A DNA stretch of 32,000 nucleotides from Erysipelotrichaceae bacterium (GTDB lineage: Bacteria > Bacillota_I > Bacilli_A > Erysipelotrichales > Erysipelotrichaceae): the NCBI GenBank assembly GCA_030604855.1, contig JAUVVC010000003.1:204247-236246 (forward strand), read 5' to 3'. The translations under genes and the position numbers were made by a program. Below, piece by piece: positions 1 to 8,941 of the stretch. The stretch's first letter is position 1. Each line of letters opens with the position of its first letter. The notes under the pieces were generated by a model, which ran no database searches, had not been told where the DNA came from, and worked only from the letters and a program-made list of their open reading frames with translations.

Positions 1-679
1 CACGACAACCGAGACCACAGGCTTCAACGCCTAAGTCTTTCCCTGATGCCATGAACAGTTCCCAGAGCTTGACGGTATCCTCCGCCTTACAATAGATCTC
101 ATAGCCATCTTCACCGGTATAACCCGTACGACTGAGTACTACTTTGATGTCTTGAATCAACAGATCCTCTTGAAAGCCATAATACCCAAGTTCCACATCC
201 GTGAATCGTTTGAGTAAAGTATCCGCAAAGGGACCTTGAACCGCAATCTGTCCAACAGAATCACTGATGTTTTCAAAGTTCACATCACCCTTAAGCTGTG
301 ATCTGAAATACGTCTCATCCTTTTCGATGTTGGCCGCATTCACCACAATCAAATAGCGATCCTCATGGGTCTTGTAAATCAAGAGATCATCGACGCTGCT
401 GCCATCTTCACGAACCAAGATTCCGTAACGGGCTTTTCCGATTTGCAGATCACGGAAATCATTACTGACAAGATACTGAAGGTTTGAAAGTGCATCCGGT
501 CCTTGGAGGATGAATTCGCCCATGTGGCTCACATCGAAGAGTCCGACTTTTTCACGAACTGAATGATGTTCATGGAGGATGCCGTTCGCATAATGCAAAG
601 GCATCCAGAAGCCGCCAAAATCAACCATATTACCCGAGTGATCTTGGTGCCAATTCGTAAGCGGTGTTGTTTTCATCAT
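1..679 (-). CDS. gcvT: Aminomethyltransferase (glycine cleavage T protein), first 226 codons; the 3' end runs off the window
   Basis: Absent from the ORF track because it is truncated. Reverse translation from ATG 679 gives MMKTTPLTNWHQDHSGNMVDFGGFWMPLHYANG..VGLFDVSHMGEF..RTGYTGEDGYEIY, which is GcvT-like. SD AAGGAAAC lies upstream and a glycine riboswitch sits directly 5'. Confidence 0.9.
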   Translation of the reverse strand, partial: MMKTTPLTNWHQDHSGNMVDFGGFWMPLHYANGILHEHHSVREKVGLFDVSHMGEFILQGPDALSNLQYLVSNDFRDLQIGKARYGILVREDGSSVDDLLIYKTHEDRYLIVVNAANIEKDETYFRSQLKGDVNFENISDSVGQIAVQGPFADTLLKRFTDVELGYYGFQEDLLIQDIKVVLSRTGYTGEDGYEIYCKAEDTVKLWELFMASGKDLGVEACGLGCR

Positions 680-690
680 TGTTTCCTTAA

Positions 691-722
691 CGCACAAAAG
701 GCGCTTAAAAAATAAGCGCCTT
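691..722 (-). terminator. Intrinsic terminator acting as the expression platform of the glycine riboswitch
   Basis: Minus strand reads AAGGCGCTTA-TTTTT-TAAGCGCCTT followed by TTGTG. The 5' arm (713-722) overlaps the 3' strand of aptamer-2 P1 (720-725), as expected for a glycine-ON switch. Confidence 0.75.
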
Positions 723-865
723 CGTCTTTTGACCTGAAAGATTCTCTTGCGATTGCCTCTTCGGTGGATGACTCTCTCTACGAAGCTTTGTCCAAATCCG
801 GTCCTTTTGCCTGAGCGTTCATGCGCACTGCGCCTTCGGCGTCAACGAATTGATCTCTCCCGGAT
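720..865 (-). promoter_or_regulatory. Tandem glycine riboswitch (two aptamers, about 865-796 and 785-720)
   Basis: Minus-strand read. Aptamer 1: ATCCGGGAGAGATC..GACGCCGAAGGCGCA..CTCAGGCAAAAGGACCGGAT. Aptamer 2: CTTCGTAGAGAGAGTCATCCACCGAAGAGGCAA..TTCAGGTCAAAAGACGAAG. Both carry the GGAGAG / CACCGAAGGGGCAA / CTCAGGCAAAAGGAC-type conserved cores and closing P1 helices. A TATAAT -10 (minus strand, 894-889) lies upstream. Confidence 0.85.
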
Positions 866-911
866 TCTTCAACCAAATATCTATGTTCATTATACTCAAT
901 CCATGACTTAA

Positions 912-2219
912 CTAAAAGCTTTCTACAAGGACTTCCTTAAAGATTTCACCAAGGCTGGGGTGGGCATAAATGAGTTTGGGAATATCGCGCATATCCAGCT
1001 CGAGATCCATCATCAGGATACAAGTATTGATGAGTTCGCTGGCATCACTGGATAAGATTTCAACCCCGATCAGATGGTAGTGTTCATCGATGATGAGTTT
1101 GAGATAGGCTCTGCGATTGATCTTGATTTTCTGCTTTGCCAAACTGCTGATGAGGACTTTCTTGACTTGAACCTTCAGATTCATTTGTTTGGCTTGGTCC
1201 TCACTGAGACCGGCATACGCTGCCTGCATCGGTGTGTAGATGACATACGGGATGGTTTTCTTCTGAATCGCTTTATTATGGGTTATGAAATCAATGATCT
1301 GCTCACCCAGATCACTTGCGACATGTGCAAGCTGGACAGCGCCGGACACATCCCCGATCGCATAGATATGAGGAACGGTGGTCTGATAACGTTCATTGAC
1401 AACGATGGCTTTGTTTGTGGATTGAACACTCGTTTTTTCTAATCCAAGTTCACTGAAATTGCCGATGCGACCAGTCGCTTCAATGCATTGATCGAACTCG
1501 TATGTTTCACTTTCCGTTTTGATGATGAAGTGATCCGTATGTTCGATGGCTGTGATTTTTGTATTGGTGTGGATTTGGATGCTGTATTGTTTCAACTCGC
1601 GCTCTAGGGCTAAGGACAAGTCCTTGGGGGCTTGAATAAGGCAACGTGGTGCAATGTCGAAGAGATGGACGGAATGACCCATCATGGCCAGGAAACTTGC
1701 AAGCTCCACACCAATGACACCCGCTCCGATCAAAGCGATGCGTTGCTCACGTTGAAAAGGCTTATTCAAGACATCCCAGCTTTCCAATATGTCAGCGTGC
1801 GGATAGAATCGTTGAGCTTTAGCGCCGGTCGCAATGATGAACACATCGGCGGTGTAGCAATTGCCCTCCGCGTCTTTCACATGGTGGTTGTCTTCAAATT
1901 GGACAGCGGTATGCATCAATTGAATCTTGGCTTGCGTCAAGCTTCGTTCAAGTTGTGTCTTCAACTCATTTTGTATCGTGGATTTATGTGCATACACGGC
2001 ATCCACGGAATCCAATATCTTCAACTCGGGATTGAAATGTTTGCTTTGATAGAGATGATGGGCATCTTCCAAAAGACTTTTCGTCGGAATACAGCCCTCA
2101 TTCAAACACACGCCACCTGTATGATCATTGGTGAAAAGAATGACCTCATGACCTTCCTGACGCGCTTTAAAAGCTGTCGTATAACCGGCTGGGCCGGCTC
2201 CGATGATGATGATTTTCAT
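912..2219 (-). CDS. lpd: Dihydrolipoyl dehydrogenase-type flavoprotein disulfide reductase (E3 / L-protein)
   Basis: 435 aa. N-terminal GAGPAG FAD fold, redox-active GGVCLNEGCIPTK motif, second GAGVIGVE NAD fold and C-terminal YAHPSLGE dimer-interface motif. Confidence 0.85.
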   Translation of the reverse strand: MKIIIIGAGPAGYTTAFKARQEGHEVILFTNDHTGGVCLNEGCIPTKSLLEDAHHLYQSKHFNPELKILDSVDAVYAHKSTIQNELKTQLERSLTQAKIQLMHTAVQFEDNHHVKDAEGNCYTADVFIIATGAKAQRFYPHADILESWDVLNKPFQREQRIALIGAGVIGVELASFLAMMGHSVHLFDIAPRCLIQAPKDLSLALERELKQYSIQIHTNTKITAIEHTDHFIIKTESETYEFDQCIEATGRIGNFSELGLEKTSVQSTNKAIVVNERYQTTVPHIYAIGDVSGAVQLAHVASDLGEQIIDFITHNKAIQKKTIPYVIYTPMQAAYAGLSEDQAKQMNLKVQVKKVLISSLAKQKIKINRRAYLKLIIDEHYHLIGVEILSSDASELINTCILMMDLELDMRDIPKLIYAHPSLGEIFKEVLVESF

Positions 2220-3193
2220 AATGTGATGCCTTGATCGTGCAAGGCTTGGATGAGATCTGATACAGTAGGGTCATTGAGACGGCTGAGAGCTTTTATCAAT
2301 TCAGCCTCATTGGCCTCAATGCCCAACACGCAACTCTCAATCTTTCGCGACCACTCCGTATCCATCGCATCCGTATAGAGATGATTGTCACGGATGAGGC
2401 CATTGTGCACATCCATCTGCCATTCGACGCAACCAAAATCGAAACATTCACTGAAGACCACTTTTTCATTGCGGTGAAGATTATACAGCCAGGTTTCGTT
2501 GCTAAAGGCTTCCACAAGCAAGGGATCAAATGAGAAGGGGATATTGCAGAATTGCGCGCGGACTTGATACACCTTTTCCATTGTATCGAAGAGATGCGTT
2601 TTCAATTGATCGATCGTTATCGGGATGATTTCATTCAGATTGGCGATTCTCGCCGCAACAGAAGCGACATTCTTCCGTTTAAGTTTCTTTGGGTTCACAT
2701 TCAGATACAAGCCTAGTTTGGCTTTATCCACATTGACCAAAAGTGTCCCATGATGAAGATGCATGCCACTCTGATGGGCAAAGGCATTGCCGGATACTTT
2801 GGCACCATCGACTTCAATGTCATTGCGTCCATTGACTTGGGCGTTATAGCCAAGATCACACAAAGCTTGGGCGATCACTTGCATCTGCTTGGGAATGTCA
2901 AAAACGGAATCGTCACCGATGAATGTGAAATTCAAGTTGCCGAGATCATGATAGACCGCACCTCCTCCGGAGGTACGACGGGCTAAGCTTCCCTTGTCTT
3001 CTTTGAGTTTCTTTAGATGGACTTCGCTTTGAGCGCTTTGGTTCTTACCGATGACGACGGTATGTTCGTTCTGCCATAGATAAAAACGGATGGTGGCTTC
3101 TGGACAGCTTTCCATCAAGTGTTTCTCTAAAGCAAGATTATAATGCGGGTTATGATTTAAAGATGTGTAGTATTCAAGTTTCATTGGATTCAC
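2216..3193 (-). CDS. lplA: Lipoate-protein ligase A
   Basis: 325 aa. Contains RRTSGGGAVYHDLGN and GRNDIEVDGAKVSGNA (catalytic Lys region) and a C-terminal accessory domain. ATGA overlap with the lpd start. Confidence 0.85.
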   Translation of the reverse strand: MNPMKLEYYTSLNHNPHYNLALEKHLMESCPEATIRFYLWQNEHTVVIGKNQSAQSEVHLKKLKEDKGSLARRTSGGGAVYHDLGNLNFTFIGDDSVFDIPKQMQVIAQALCDLGYNAQVNGRNDIEVDGAKVSGNAFAHQSGMHLHHGTLLVNVDKAKLGLYLNVNPKKLKRKNVASVAARIANLNEIIPITIDQLKTHLFDTMEKVYQVRAQFCNIPFSFDPLLVEAFSNETWLYNLHRNEKVVFSECFDFGCVEWQMDVHNGLIRDNHLYTDAMDTEWSRKIESCVLGIEANEAELIKALSRLNDPTVSDLIQALHDQGITL

Positions 3194-3267
3194 CTGTTCA
3201 AATTATACCAAAAGCACAGAACTATTCGTAGCGAAAACAATGTGCTAAACTAGCGACAGGTGAAAAT

Positions 3268-3528
3268 ATGAAAGAACTGATTTTTTTTGAACTAAAATCC
3301 TGCCCCTATTGCATCCGGGCAAACACGTATTTGAATGAACTGCTGCATGATCCGAAGTACCAATCCATCTCCATTCGCAAGATCGATGAAGCGAAGGAGA
3401 AAGCCTTGGCCAACCAATATGATTATTATCTGGTCCCAACATTCTATTACCAGGATGAGAAATTGTTTGAAGGCATCATGCGTAAAGAAGATGTTCAGAG
3501 GGTATTGGAAGCCGTATTGGCAAAATAA
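3268..3528 (+). CDS. Small glutaredoxin/thioredoxin-fold protein (CPYC active site)
   Basis: 86 aa. CPYC lies near the N-terminus after a beta-strand (FFELKSCPYC), and VPTF follows later (cis-Pro region). SD GGTGA upstream. Confidence 0.7.
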   Translation: MKELIFFELKSCPYCIRANTYLNELLHDPKYQSISIRKIDEAKEKALANQYDYYLVPTFYYQDEKLFEGIMRKEDVQRVLEAVLAK

Positions 3529-3548
3529 AAAGGCATGAGCCTTTTTTT
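3527..3548. terminator. Bidirectional intrinsic terminator between convergent genes
   Basis: AAAAAGGC-ATGA-GCCTTTTTTT, with an A-run on one side and a T-run on the other. Confidence 0.75.
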
Positions 3549-4197
3549 ACAATATGAGAATGAAATAGAGAAGGGATACCAACATGGGGATGAAGAGATT
3601 ATCGATCCCATGGGGAGAGATTGCCTCCACGAGCGTGGCGACGAGGGCTAGACTGCCGATATGCATCCAGTTCAAATTTTGAAAGACAAACATTTGATAG
3701 ATTCCGATCACAAACATAGAAGCGACGAACATCGCGAAGCTGCCTTCAAGCGTCTTATGTCCTTTGAAGATCGTGTAGGGATGTTTACCGAAGAATTGAC
3801 CAATGATAGCCGCAAAGCCATCCCCATAAGCCATGACCAACAAACCAACCCCACCAACGATGTGAAGACTGGGTGTGCTGAACGTCAAAGCTGTGATCAA
3901 GAGGACGGCGATCGCATAATGAATCGTTCCCCAATTGGAATGACGACGTTTCGAATTGATGGCAGGAATCCAATTGTATGCGACATTTAAGCTGTTGAAG
4001 AGGATGAAGAAGACCGGTGCGACCAAAGCCAAGCGGGTGTCTTTGATCAACCATGTCGCAATCAACCACCAATTGGCGACCATGATGTGAGCGAAGGTTC
4101 GACTCATCTCATAAGGGAGATGGGTAAGTCGCGTAGCGATGCCGATGATGAGACCGATGTAGAGCATCGATACGAAAAGACCAATTATACTTTCCAA
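3547..4197 (-). CDS. Polytopic membrane protein of the CTP-dependent polyprenol/diacylglycerol (dolichol/phytol) kinase family
   Basis: 216 aa with about 6 TM helices. The GDGFAAIIGQFFGKH..KTLEGS motif is typical of this cytidylyltransferase-like kinase family. SD GGAGG. Confidence 0.6.
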   Translation of the reverse strand: MESIIGLFVSMLYIGLIIGIATRLTHLPYEMSRTFAHIMVANWWLIATWLIKDTRLALVAPVFFILFNSLNVAYNWIPAINSKRRHSNWGTIHYAIAVLLITALTFSTPSLHIVGGVGLLVMAYGDGFAAIIGQFFGKHPYTIFKGHKTLEGSFAMFVASMFVIGIYQMFVFQNLNWMHIGSLALVATLVEAISPHGIDNLFIPMLVSLLYFILIL

Positions 4198-4272
4198 AAT
4201 AAACCTCCATTATGTCTCACTTAAGTGTAAAATCGAGCAAATTATATCGTCTTTTTGACAAAAGCACAAGAA

Positions 4273-5055
4273 TTAGTGAACGCGATAGATCTCGATGATG
4301 AAACTTAGCTCTGTTTCTAGGGTATTTTGAAGCTGTAGATTTGCCAAAGCTTCAGCTTTTGTCTTGAAGCGGTAGGGGGTCATGGTCAATAGGTTTTGAA
4401 TCATTTCTGTGCTGTTCAGCCTCAATAAATGATCGAACTTCATGGACTCGATCAATTCAAAACGCGTATCGTTTATCGTAGTGTTTGGATTCAAACGAAC
4501 CGTTTCATAGAGGACTTCCTTGAGTCCGTAAAGGTGACGAGGACCTGGAGTGACACAGATGAAATAACCTCCAGATTTGACGATGCGAGAAACTTCATCG
4601 AGCTTGTATGGTGCAAAGATGCACAAGGCCCCATCCATACTTCTATCCATCAAAGGTGTATCGGCAATGCTGGCACAGAAGTAGGTCGCTTTGGAAGCCT
4701 TGCTTGCGATCTTTAGTGCGGTCTTGGAAAGATCCAAGCCGATCCACTGTGTCTCAGACTCCGCCAAGGCATTAGTATAATAGCCTTCACCACAACCCAG
4801 ATCAACACAAACGTTCAGCTTCAATGCCTTGAAGATCTCAACCAGGGCATCTCTAAGAAAGCTGTAATGACCTGCATTTAAAAAGGCGTGTCGCGCCTTG
4901 ATCATATCAGGGTGATCACCCAAGATGCGTGCGCTGTTGGAGCTTAAAAGATGGGTGTAACCTTGTTTGGATATATCGAAACTGTGTTTGTTTTGACACA
5001 CCCATGAATGCTCAGAGCGCTTGAGCTGGGAGTTGCAATGTGGGCATTTGAACAT
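4273..5055 (-). CDS. rlmA: 23S rRNA (guanine-N1)-methyltransferase RlmA/RrmA family
   Basis: N-terminal Zn ribbon MFKCPHCNSQL..WVCQNKHSFD..GYTHLL followed by SAM motif DLGCGEGYY. The start is ambiguous: ATG 5055 matches the family N-terminus, ATG 5073 and TTG 5082 are in frame, and none has an SD. Confidence 0.8.
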   Translation of the reverse strand: MFKCPHCNSQLKRSEHSWVCQNKHSFDISKQGYTHLLSSNSARILGDHPDMIKARHAFLNAGHYSFLRDALVEIFKALKLNVCVDLGCGEGYYTNALAESETQWIGLDLSKTALKIASKASKATYFCASIADTPLMDRSMDGALCIFAPYKLDEVSRIVKSGGYFICVTPGPRHLYGLKEVLYETVRLNPNTTINDTRFELIESMKFDHLLRLNSTEMIQNLLTMTPYRFKTKAEALANLQLQNTLETELSFIIEIYRVH

Positions 5056-5121
5056 GATGCTTAATTTTATCATAGATGACAAAGTTTGACACTTTGTTTA
5101 TACTGAAGTGGAGGTGTGAAT

Positions 5122-5871
5122 ATGAAATTTGTATCATGGAATGTGAATGGGATAAGAGCCATTTTCAATAAGGGATTTGAAGATATTTTTAATGATTTTG
5201 ATGCGGACTTCTTTTGTCTTCAAGAAACGAAGATGCAGGAAGGGCAATTTGATTTCAGCCCTAAAGGATATTTGAAGTATTTCAATTATGCGGAAAAGAA
5301 AGGGTATTCTGGGACAGCGATCTATACCCGTCATGAACCGATGTCGGTTCGTTATGGAATCAATGTGGAGGAACATGACCATGAAGGTCGTGTCGTGACC
5401 TTGGAATACGATCGTTTCTTTTTAGTTTGTGTGTACACGCCCAATGCGCAGGAAGAACTCAGACGTTTGAGTTATCGTATGGATTGGGAAGATGCCTTCA
5501 GAGCCTATTTGCTTGAATTGGATCAATTCAAACCGGTCATCCTTTGTGGCGATTTGAATGTAGCCCATGAAGAAATCGACCTTAAGAATCCCAAGACCAA
5601 TCGTAAAAACCCAGGTTTCTCGGATGAGGAACGTGCTAAGTTTACCGAGCTGTTGAGTGTGGGCTTCATCGATACCTTCAGAACCTTGTATCCTGAGAAG
5701 GTTCAATATTCTTGGTGGTCGTATCGGATGCGTGCACGTGAAAACAATACGGGATGGAGAATTGATTACTTCGTCATTTCAGAGCGTTTGAAAACGGAGT
5801 TAAAGGAAGCGTTGATTCATGATGACGTGTTTGGATCGGACCATTGTCCCGTATCCATCGAGGTGTTCTAA
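5122..5871 (+). CDS. exoA: Exodeoxyribonuclease III (AP endonuclease)
   Basis: MKFVSWNVNGIRA..FCLQETK..GYSGTAIY..CGDLNVAH..SDHCP motifs. SD GGAGGTG lies 5 nt before ATG 5122; the track's GTG 5116 start is less likely. Confidence 0.9.
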   Translation: MKFVSWNVNGIRAIFNKGFEDIFNDFDADFFCLQETKMQEGQFDFSPKGYLKYFNYAEKKGYSGTAIYTRHEPMSVRYGINVEEHDHEGRVVTLEYDRFFLVCVYTPNAQEELRRLSYRMDWEDAFRAYLLELDQFKPVILCGDLNVAHEEIDLKNPKTNRKNPGFSDEERAKFTELLSVGFIDTFRTLYPEKVQYSWWSYRMRARENNTGWRIDYFVISERLKTELKEALIHDDVFGSDHCPVSIEVF

Positions 5872-7064
5872 TGTTTGAAGAAATCGTACCGGAGTTTCGT
5901 TTGAATGAACAGGAAGTATTGGACATTAAGGCAAGCAAAGCACCAAAGAAACAATACTGTCCTTATTTTGAAGAATGTGGCGGCTGCCAGTTGTTAAGTT
6001 GGGACTATGCCAAGCAAGTGGAATGGAAGAAAGCCAAACTCAATGAGACTTTTAAGCGTGAGCTGCCTTTCATAGAGGCGGAAAGCATCACGGCGTATCG
6101 ACATAAAAACAATTTTTCGTATAAACAAGATAAGTTGAACATCATCGCAGGTTATTTCAAACCGAAATCGCATCGTTTGATGAACATCAAGCATTGTTTG
6201 ATTCAAGATCCTACCGCTGAGAAAATCTTCTTAGACATTAAAGAAATCATGCGTAAGACACGCATCCAACCTTATGATGAAATGAAGGGTGAAGGCGTAC
6301 TTCGACATGCTTTGGTTCGTGTATCCCATGCGACGAAGGAAGTCATGCTTACCTTGGTGGTGGGACAAAGTCCTTATCCAGGTCGTAAGAACTTCATTCA
6401 AGCGATTCGGAACGCACACCCCGAAATCACGACGATCATTGAAAATGTGCATCCCGAGAGAAGTCCTTATCTCTTAGGGAAAAAAGACAGTGTGGTGTTT
6501 GGGCGTGGAACCATTGAGGAACATCTCCTAGACAAAACATTCTTCCTTCAATCCAAAACATTCTTTCAGGTTCATGTGCCTCAGGCAGAGAAACTCTTTA
6601 GCGAACTGCTGAAGCGTGGTTCGTTCAGCTCAGAAGATGTGGTGGTGGATGCGTATGCAGGGGTCGGCGTCATCGGTATGCTGGTGGCGGACCAAGTCAA
6701 AGCTGTAATCAGTGTTGAAAGCAACCCGGATTCGATCGCCGTCGGGCAAAAGAATGCGAAGTATAACAAACTTGAGAACATGCGTTTCATTAAAGCAGAT
6801 GCGACGCAATGGATTCAAGAGACCAAAGAAGCGTTCAATGTCTTGATTATGGATCCTCCACGATCAGGAGCGGGTGAGGGCTTCATGATTGAAGTGTTAA
6901 AGAAAGCCCCTAAGAAGATCATTTACATCTCATGTAATCCTTTGACACAAGTTCAAGATATCCGTATTTTAGGCAAACGTTATGTCGTCAAGGATAACTT
7001 TGGCATTGATTTGTTTCCACAGACGGTTCATGTGGAATCGGTGTTGATTCTAGAACGCGTATGA
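5871..7064 (+). CDS. 23S rRNA (uracil-C5)-methyltransferase, RumA/RlmCD (TrmA) family
   Basis: Fe-S Cys cluster CPYFEECGGCQL plus a later Cys. SAM fold DAYAGVGVIG, DPPRSG and catalytic SCNP. ATG 5871 overlaps the exoA stop (TAATG). Confidence 0.85.
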   Translation: MFEEIVPEFRLNEQEVLDIKASKAPKKQYCPYFEECGGCQLLSWDYAKQVEWKKAKLNETFKRELPFIEAESITAYRHKNNFSYKQDKLNIIAGYFKPKSHRLMNIKHCLIQDPTAEKIFLDIKEIMRKTRIQPYDEMKGEGVLRHALVRVSHATKEVMLTLVVGQSPYPGRKNFIQAIRNAHPEITTIIENVHPERSPYLLGKKDSVVFGRGTIEEHLLDKTFFLQSKTFFQVHVPQAEKLFSELLKRGSFSSEDVVVDAYAGVGVIGMLVADQVKAVISVESNPDSIAVGQKNAKYNKLENMRFIKADATQWIQETKEAFNVLIMDPPRSGAGEGFMIEVLKKAPKKIIYISCNPLTQVQDIRILGKRYVVKDNFGIDLFPQTVHVESVLILERV

Positions 7065-7067
7065 TTT

Positions 7068-7101
7068 AAAAGGTTCCTCACATGTGCTGGGAACCTTTTT
7101 T
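7068..7101. terminator. Bidirectional intrinsic terminator
   Basis: AAAAGGTTCC-(12 nt loop)-GGAACCTTTTTT between convergent genes. Confidence 0.8.
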
Positions 7102-7121
7102 ACGGTATAAATGGGAATGTT

Positions 7122-7412
7122 CTAAAATGAATAACGTCGTGGACGCTTGGTTCTGCGTGATGCCAATAAGAGAAACAAGATTCCCAAGATGAGAAACATC
7201 AAACTGATTCCAAGGATCCAAAAAGCACGATCGATGAAATACCAAGCATTGACTTGTGTTTCAAATAAGGCAACCAAGCCTAAAAGGATGAGCCCTCGGG
7301 GTGGTTTGGGGCTATGAATGAGGTTGAGTAATGCTGTGATTAAGTCGATTTGCATCAAAATGGCCAAGATAAGGAGGATGAAAGATGTCATATATAGGAA
7401 TGTTTTTTGCAT
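7122..7412 (-). CDS. Small hypothetical membrane protein (about 3 TM helices, basic C-tail RRTKRPRRYSF)
   Basis: 96 aa. Lies 48 nt downstream of the last GntR gene on the same strand, with GAGGG as SD. I recognise no family. Confidence 0.55.
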   Translation of the reverse strand: MQKTFLYMTSFILLILAILMQIDLITALLNLIHSPKPPRGLILLGLVALFETQVNAWYFIDRAFWILGISLMFLILGILFLLLASRRTKRPRRYSF

Positions 7413-7460
7413 AGCGAGACCCTCGTCTTAAATTCTATCAAAAAACATAAGATAAGTGTA

Positions 7461-8198
7461 CTAGACATCGAAACTTACGGTGACATTTTGTCCTTGAATG
7501 TAGGCGATGCTGTATTCAATGATCTGTCCATCGGGTGCATAGGCGATCGTATCCAATTTGAAACCTGGTGAACCAGATTCGATTTTGAAATGTTTACACA
7601 GTTCATCATTCAACACAACCGCATGAATGGTTCGTTTGGCGTAGTCCACGACATTCATCGGATGATTGCTGAGATACTGTGAGATGGAAGTTTTACTCGT
7701 GTCAAGATGTTCGAGTTCCGGAAATAACTGAAGGGGTCGATAGAACTCAAAATAGAAGAGGATTTGATCGTCACCTTTGTATAAGCGTTTGATGCACATG
7801 TATCGCGAATCCTTTTCACGGCTCAAGAAGTCGTCGTGTTGCTCATGGCAAGAGATGATAGTATGCTCAAGTTCAATCGTACTTGGTTCCATTCCAGATA
7901 AACGAATCTTCTCACTTAAGGGTTTCGTAGAAGCCAATAGACCGTAATGGAAATCCTTGTGTTTGACAAAACTCCCCTTGCCTTTTTGGCGAAAAATCAG
8001 GTGTTCATCCAATAGTTGTTTATACGCTTGACGGATGACCGGACGGGATAAACCGAATGCGGAACGATAGTCTTCTTCGGTTGGGAGTTTTTCTCCATCG
8101 CTCAATTTGCCACTCAGGATCGCTTCTTTGATGTGACGATAAAGTTGTTGGTGCAAAGGCGTTGAACTGTGCTTATCTAATTTCAAATCACTGAACAT
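7461..8198 (-). CDS. GntR-family regulator, HutC/UTRA subfamily (class B, copy 2)
   Basis: 245 aa. wHTH LPTEEDYRSAFGLSRPVIRQAYKQL..GKGSFV followed by a UTRA-like C-terminal domain. The start overlaps the upstream gene by 11 nt. Confidence 0.85.
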   Translation of the reverse strand: MFSDLKLDKHSSTPLHQQLYRHIKEAILSGKLSDGEKLPTEEDYRSAFGLSRPVIRQAYKQLLDEHLIFRQKGKGSFVKHKDFHYGLLASTKPLSEKIRLSGMEPSTIELEHTIISCHEQHDDFLSREKDSRYMCIKRLYKGDDQILFYFEFYRPLQLFPELEHLDTSKTSISQYLSNHPMNVVDYAKRTIHAVVLNDELCKHFKIESGSPGFKLDTIAYAPDGQIIEYSIAYIQGQNVTVSFDV

Positions 8199-8934
8199 CG
8201 TCTTTCTCCTTTGCGATGATTTCTAGAATATGGCGTTCACCCGGGAAATATGAGACGCGACTGAAATAGGTTTCGCCTTGATCGTCCTGCATGTTCATGA
8301 AGTATCGAAAACAAGCGGATTTACGCTGAACTTCCAAAATATCCGCTAGGCTATCATCAAGGATGACCACATTAATGGAGGTCTCAACAACATACTTCAC
8401 ATCTGGATAGTAAGACATCAAGGCCTTAGAGAGACCGATGTTTTCCTGATAGATTTCATCAAAGTCCGGGAATTTGTTTTGAGGGACATAAAAGTATTCA
8501 AGATAAACAGGGATATGGGAGGCTTTGCGAATACGCTTGATGCAATAGATTGCAGAATCCATTTCACGAATCCCATGTGGGAGATCCTCTTTATCAATGA
8601 TTTCAAAGCTGAGTTGATGAGACTCGGGCTTGAATCCTAAGTCTGTGATCAATTGATCGTAATCTAAGTTGTAAGGAAGATTTGTGAAGATCATCTCACG
8701 ATGAACGAAGGTACCCTTGCCTTGAATGCGTTTCACAAGACCCTCATTGATGAGTTCGACGTATGCTTGACGAACGACGGGACGTGAGATGTTGAAGACT
8801 TCACAGAGAGCATATTCTGTGGGGAGTTGTTCCTTGTCTTTAAGGATGCCCGAAAGAATGGCATTCTTGATGCTGTTCTTGAGTTGGAGATAGAGAGGTA
8901 TGCTGGAGAATTTATTGATGGTGATGTAATTCAT
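8188..8934 (-). CDS. GntR-family regulator, HutC/UTRA subfamily (class A, copy 2)
   Basis: 248 aa. MNYITINKFSSIPLYLQL..LPTEYALCEVFNISRPVVRQAY..GKGTFV, ending SYFPGERH plus an acidic tail. Confidence 0.85.
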   Translation of the reverse strand: MNYITINKFSSIPLYLQLKNSIKNAILSGILKDKEQLPTEYALCEVFNISRPVVRQAYVELINEGLVKRIQGKGTFVHREMIFTNLPYNLDYDQLITDLGFKPESHQLSFEIIDKEDLPHGIREMDSAIYCIKRIRKASHIPVYLEYFYVPQNKFPDFDEIYQENIGLSKALMSYYPDVKYVVETSINVVILDDSLADILEVQRKSACFRYFMNMQDDQGETYFSRVSYFPGERHILEIIAKEKDDVQ

Positions 8935-8941
8935 AAGGTAC

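Noticed and set aside
1632-2234. A 200-aa plus-strand ORF, together with other long antisense ORFs: 1074-1442, 12157-12639, 15806-16351, 15904-16341, 20507-20944, 25189-25554 and 31225-31653.
   Set aside because: Each lies entirely antisense to, or out of frame within, a gene with clear family motifs. They have low-complexity or odd composition, no SD and no recognisable domain, so I treat them as shadow ORFs.
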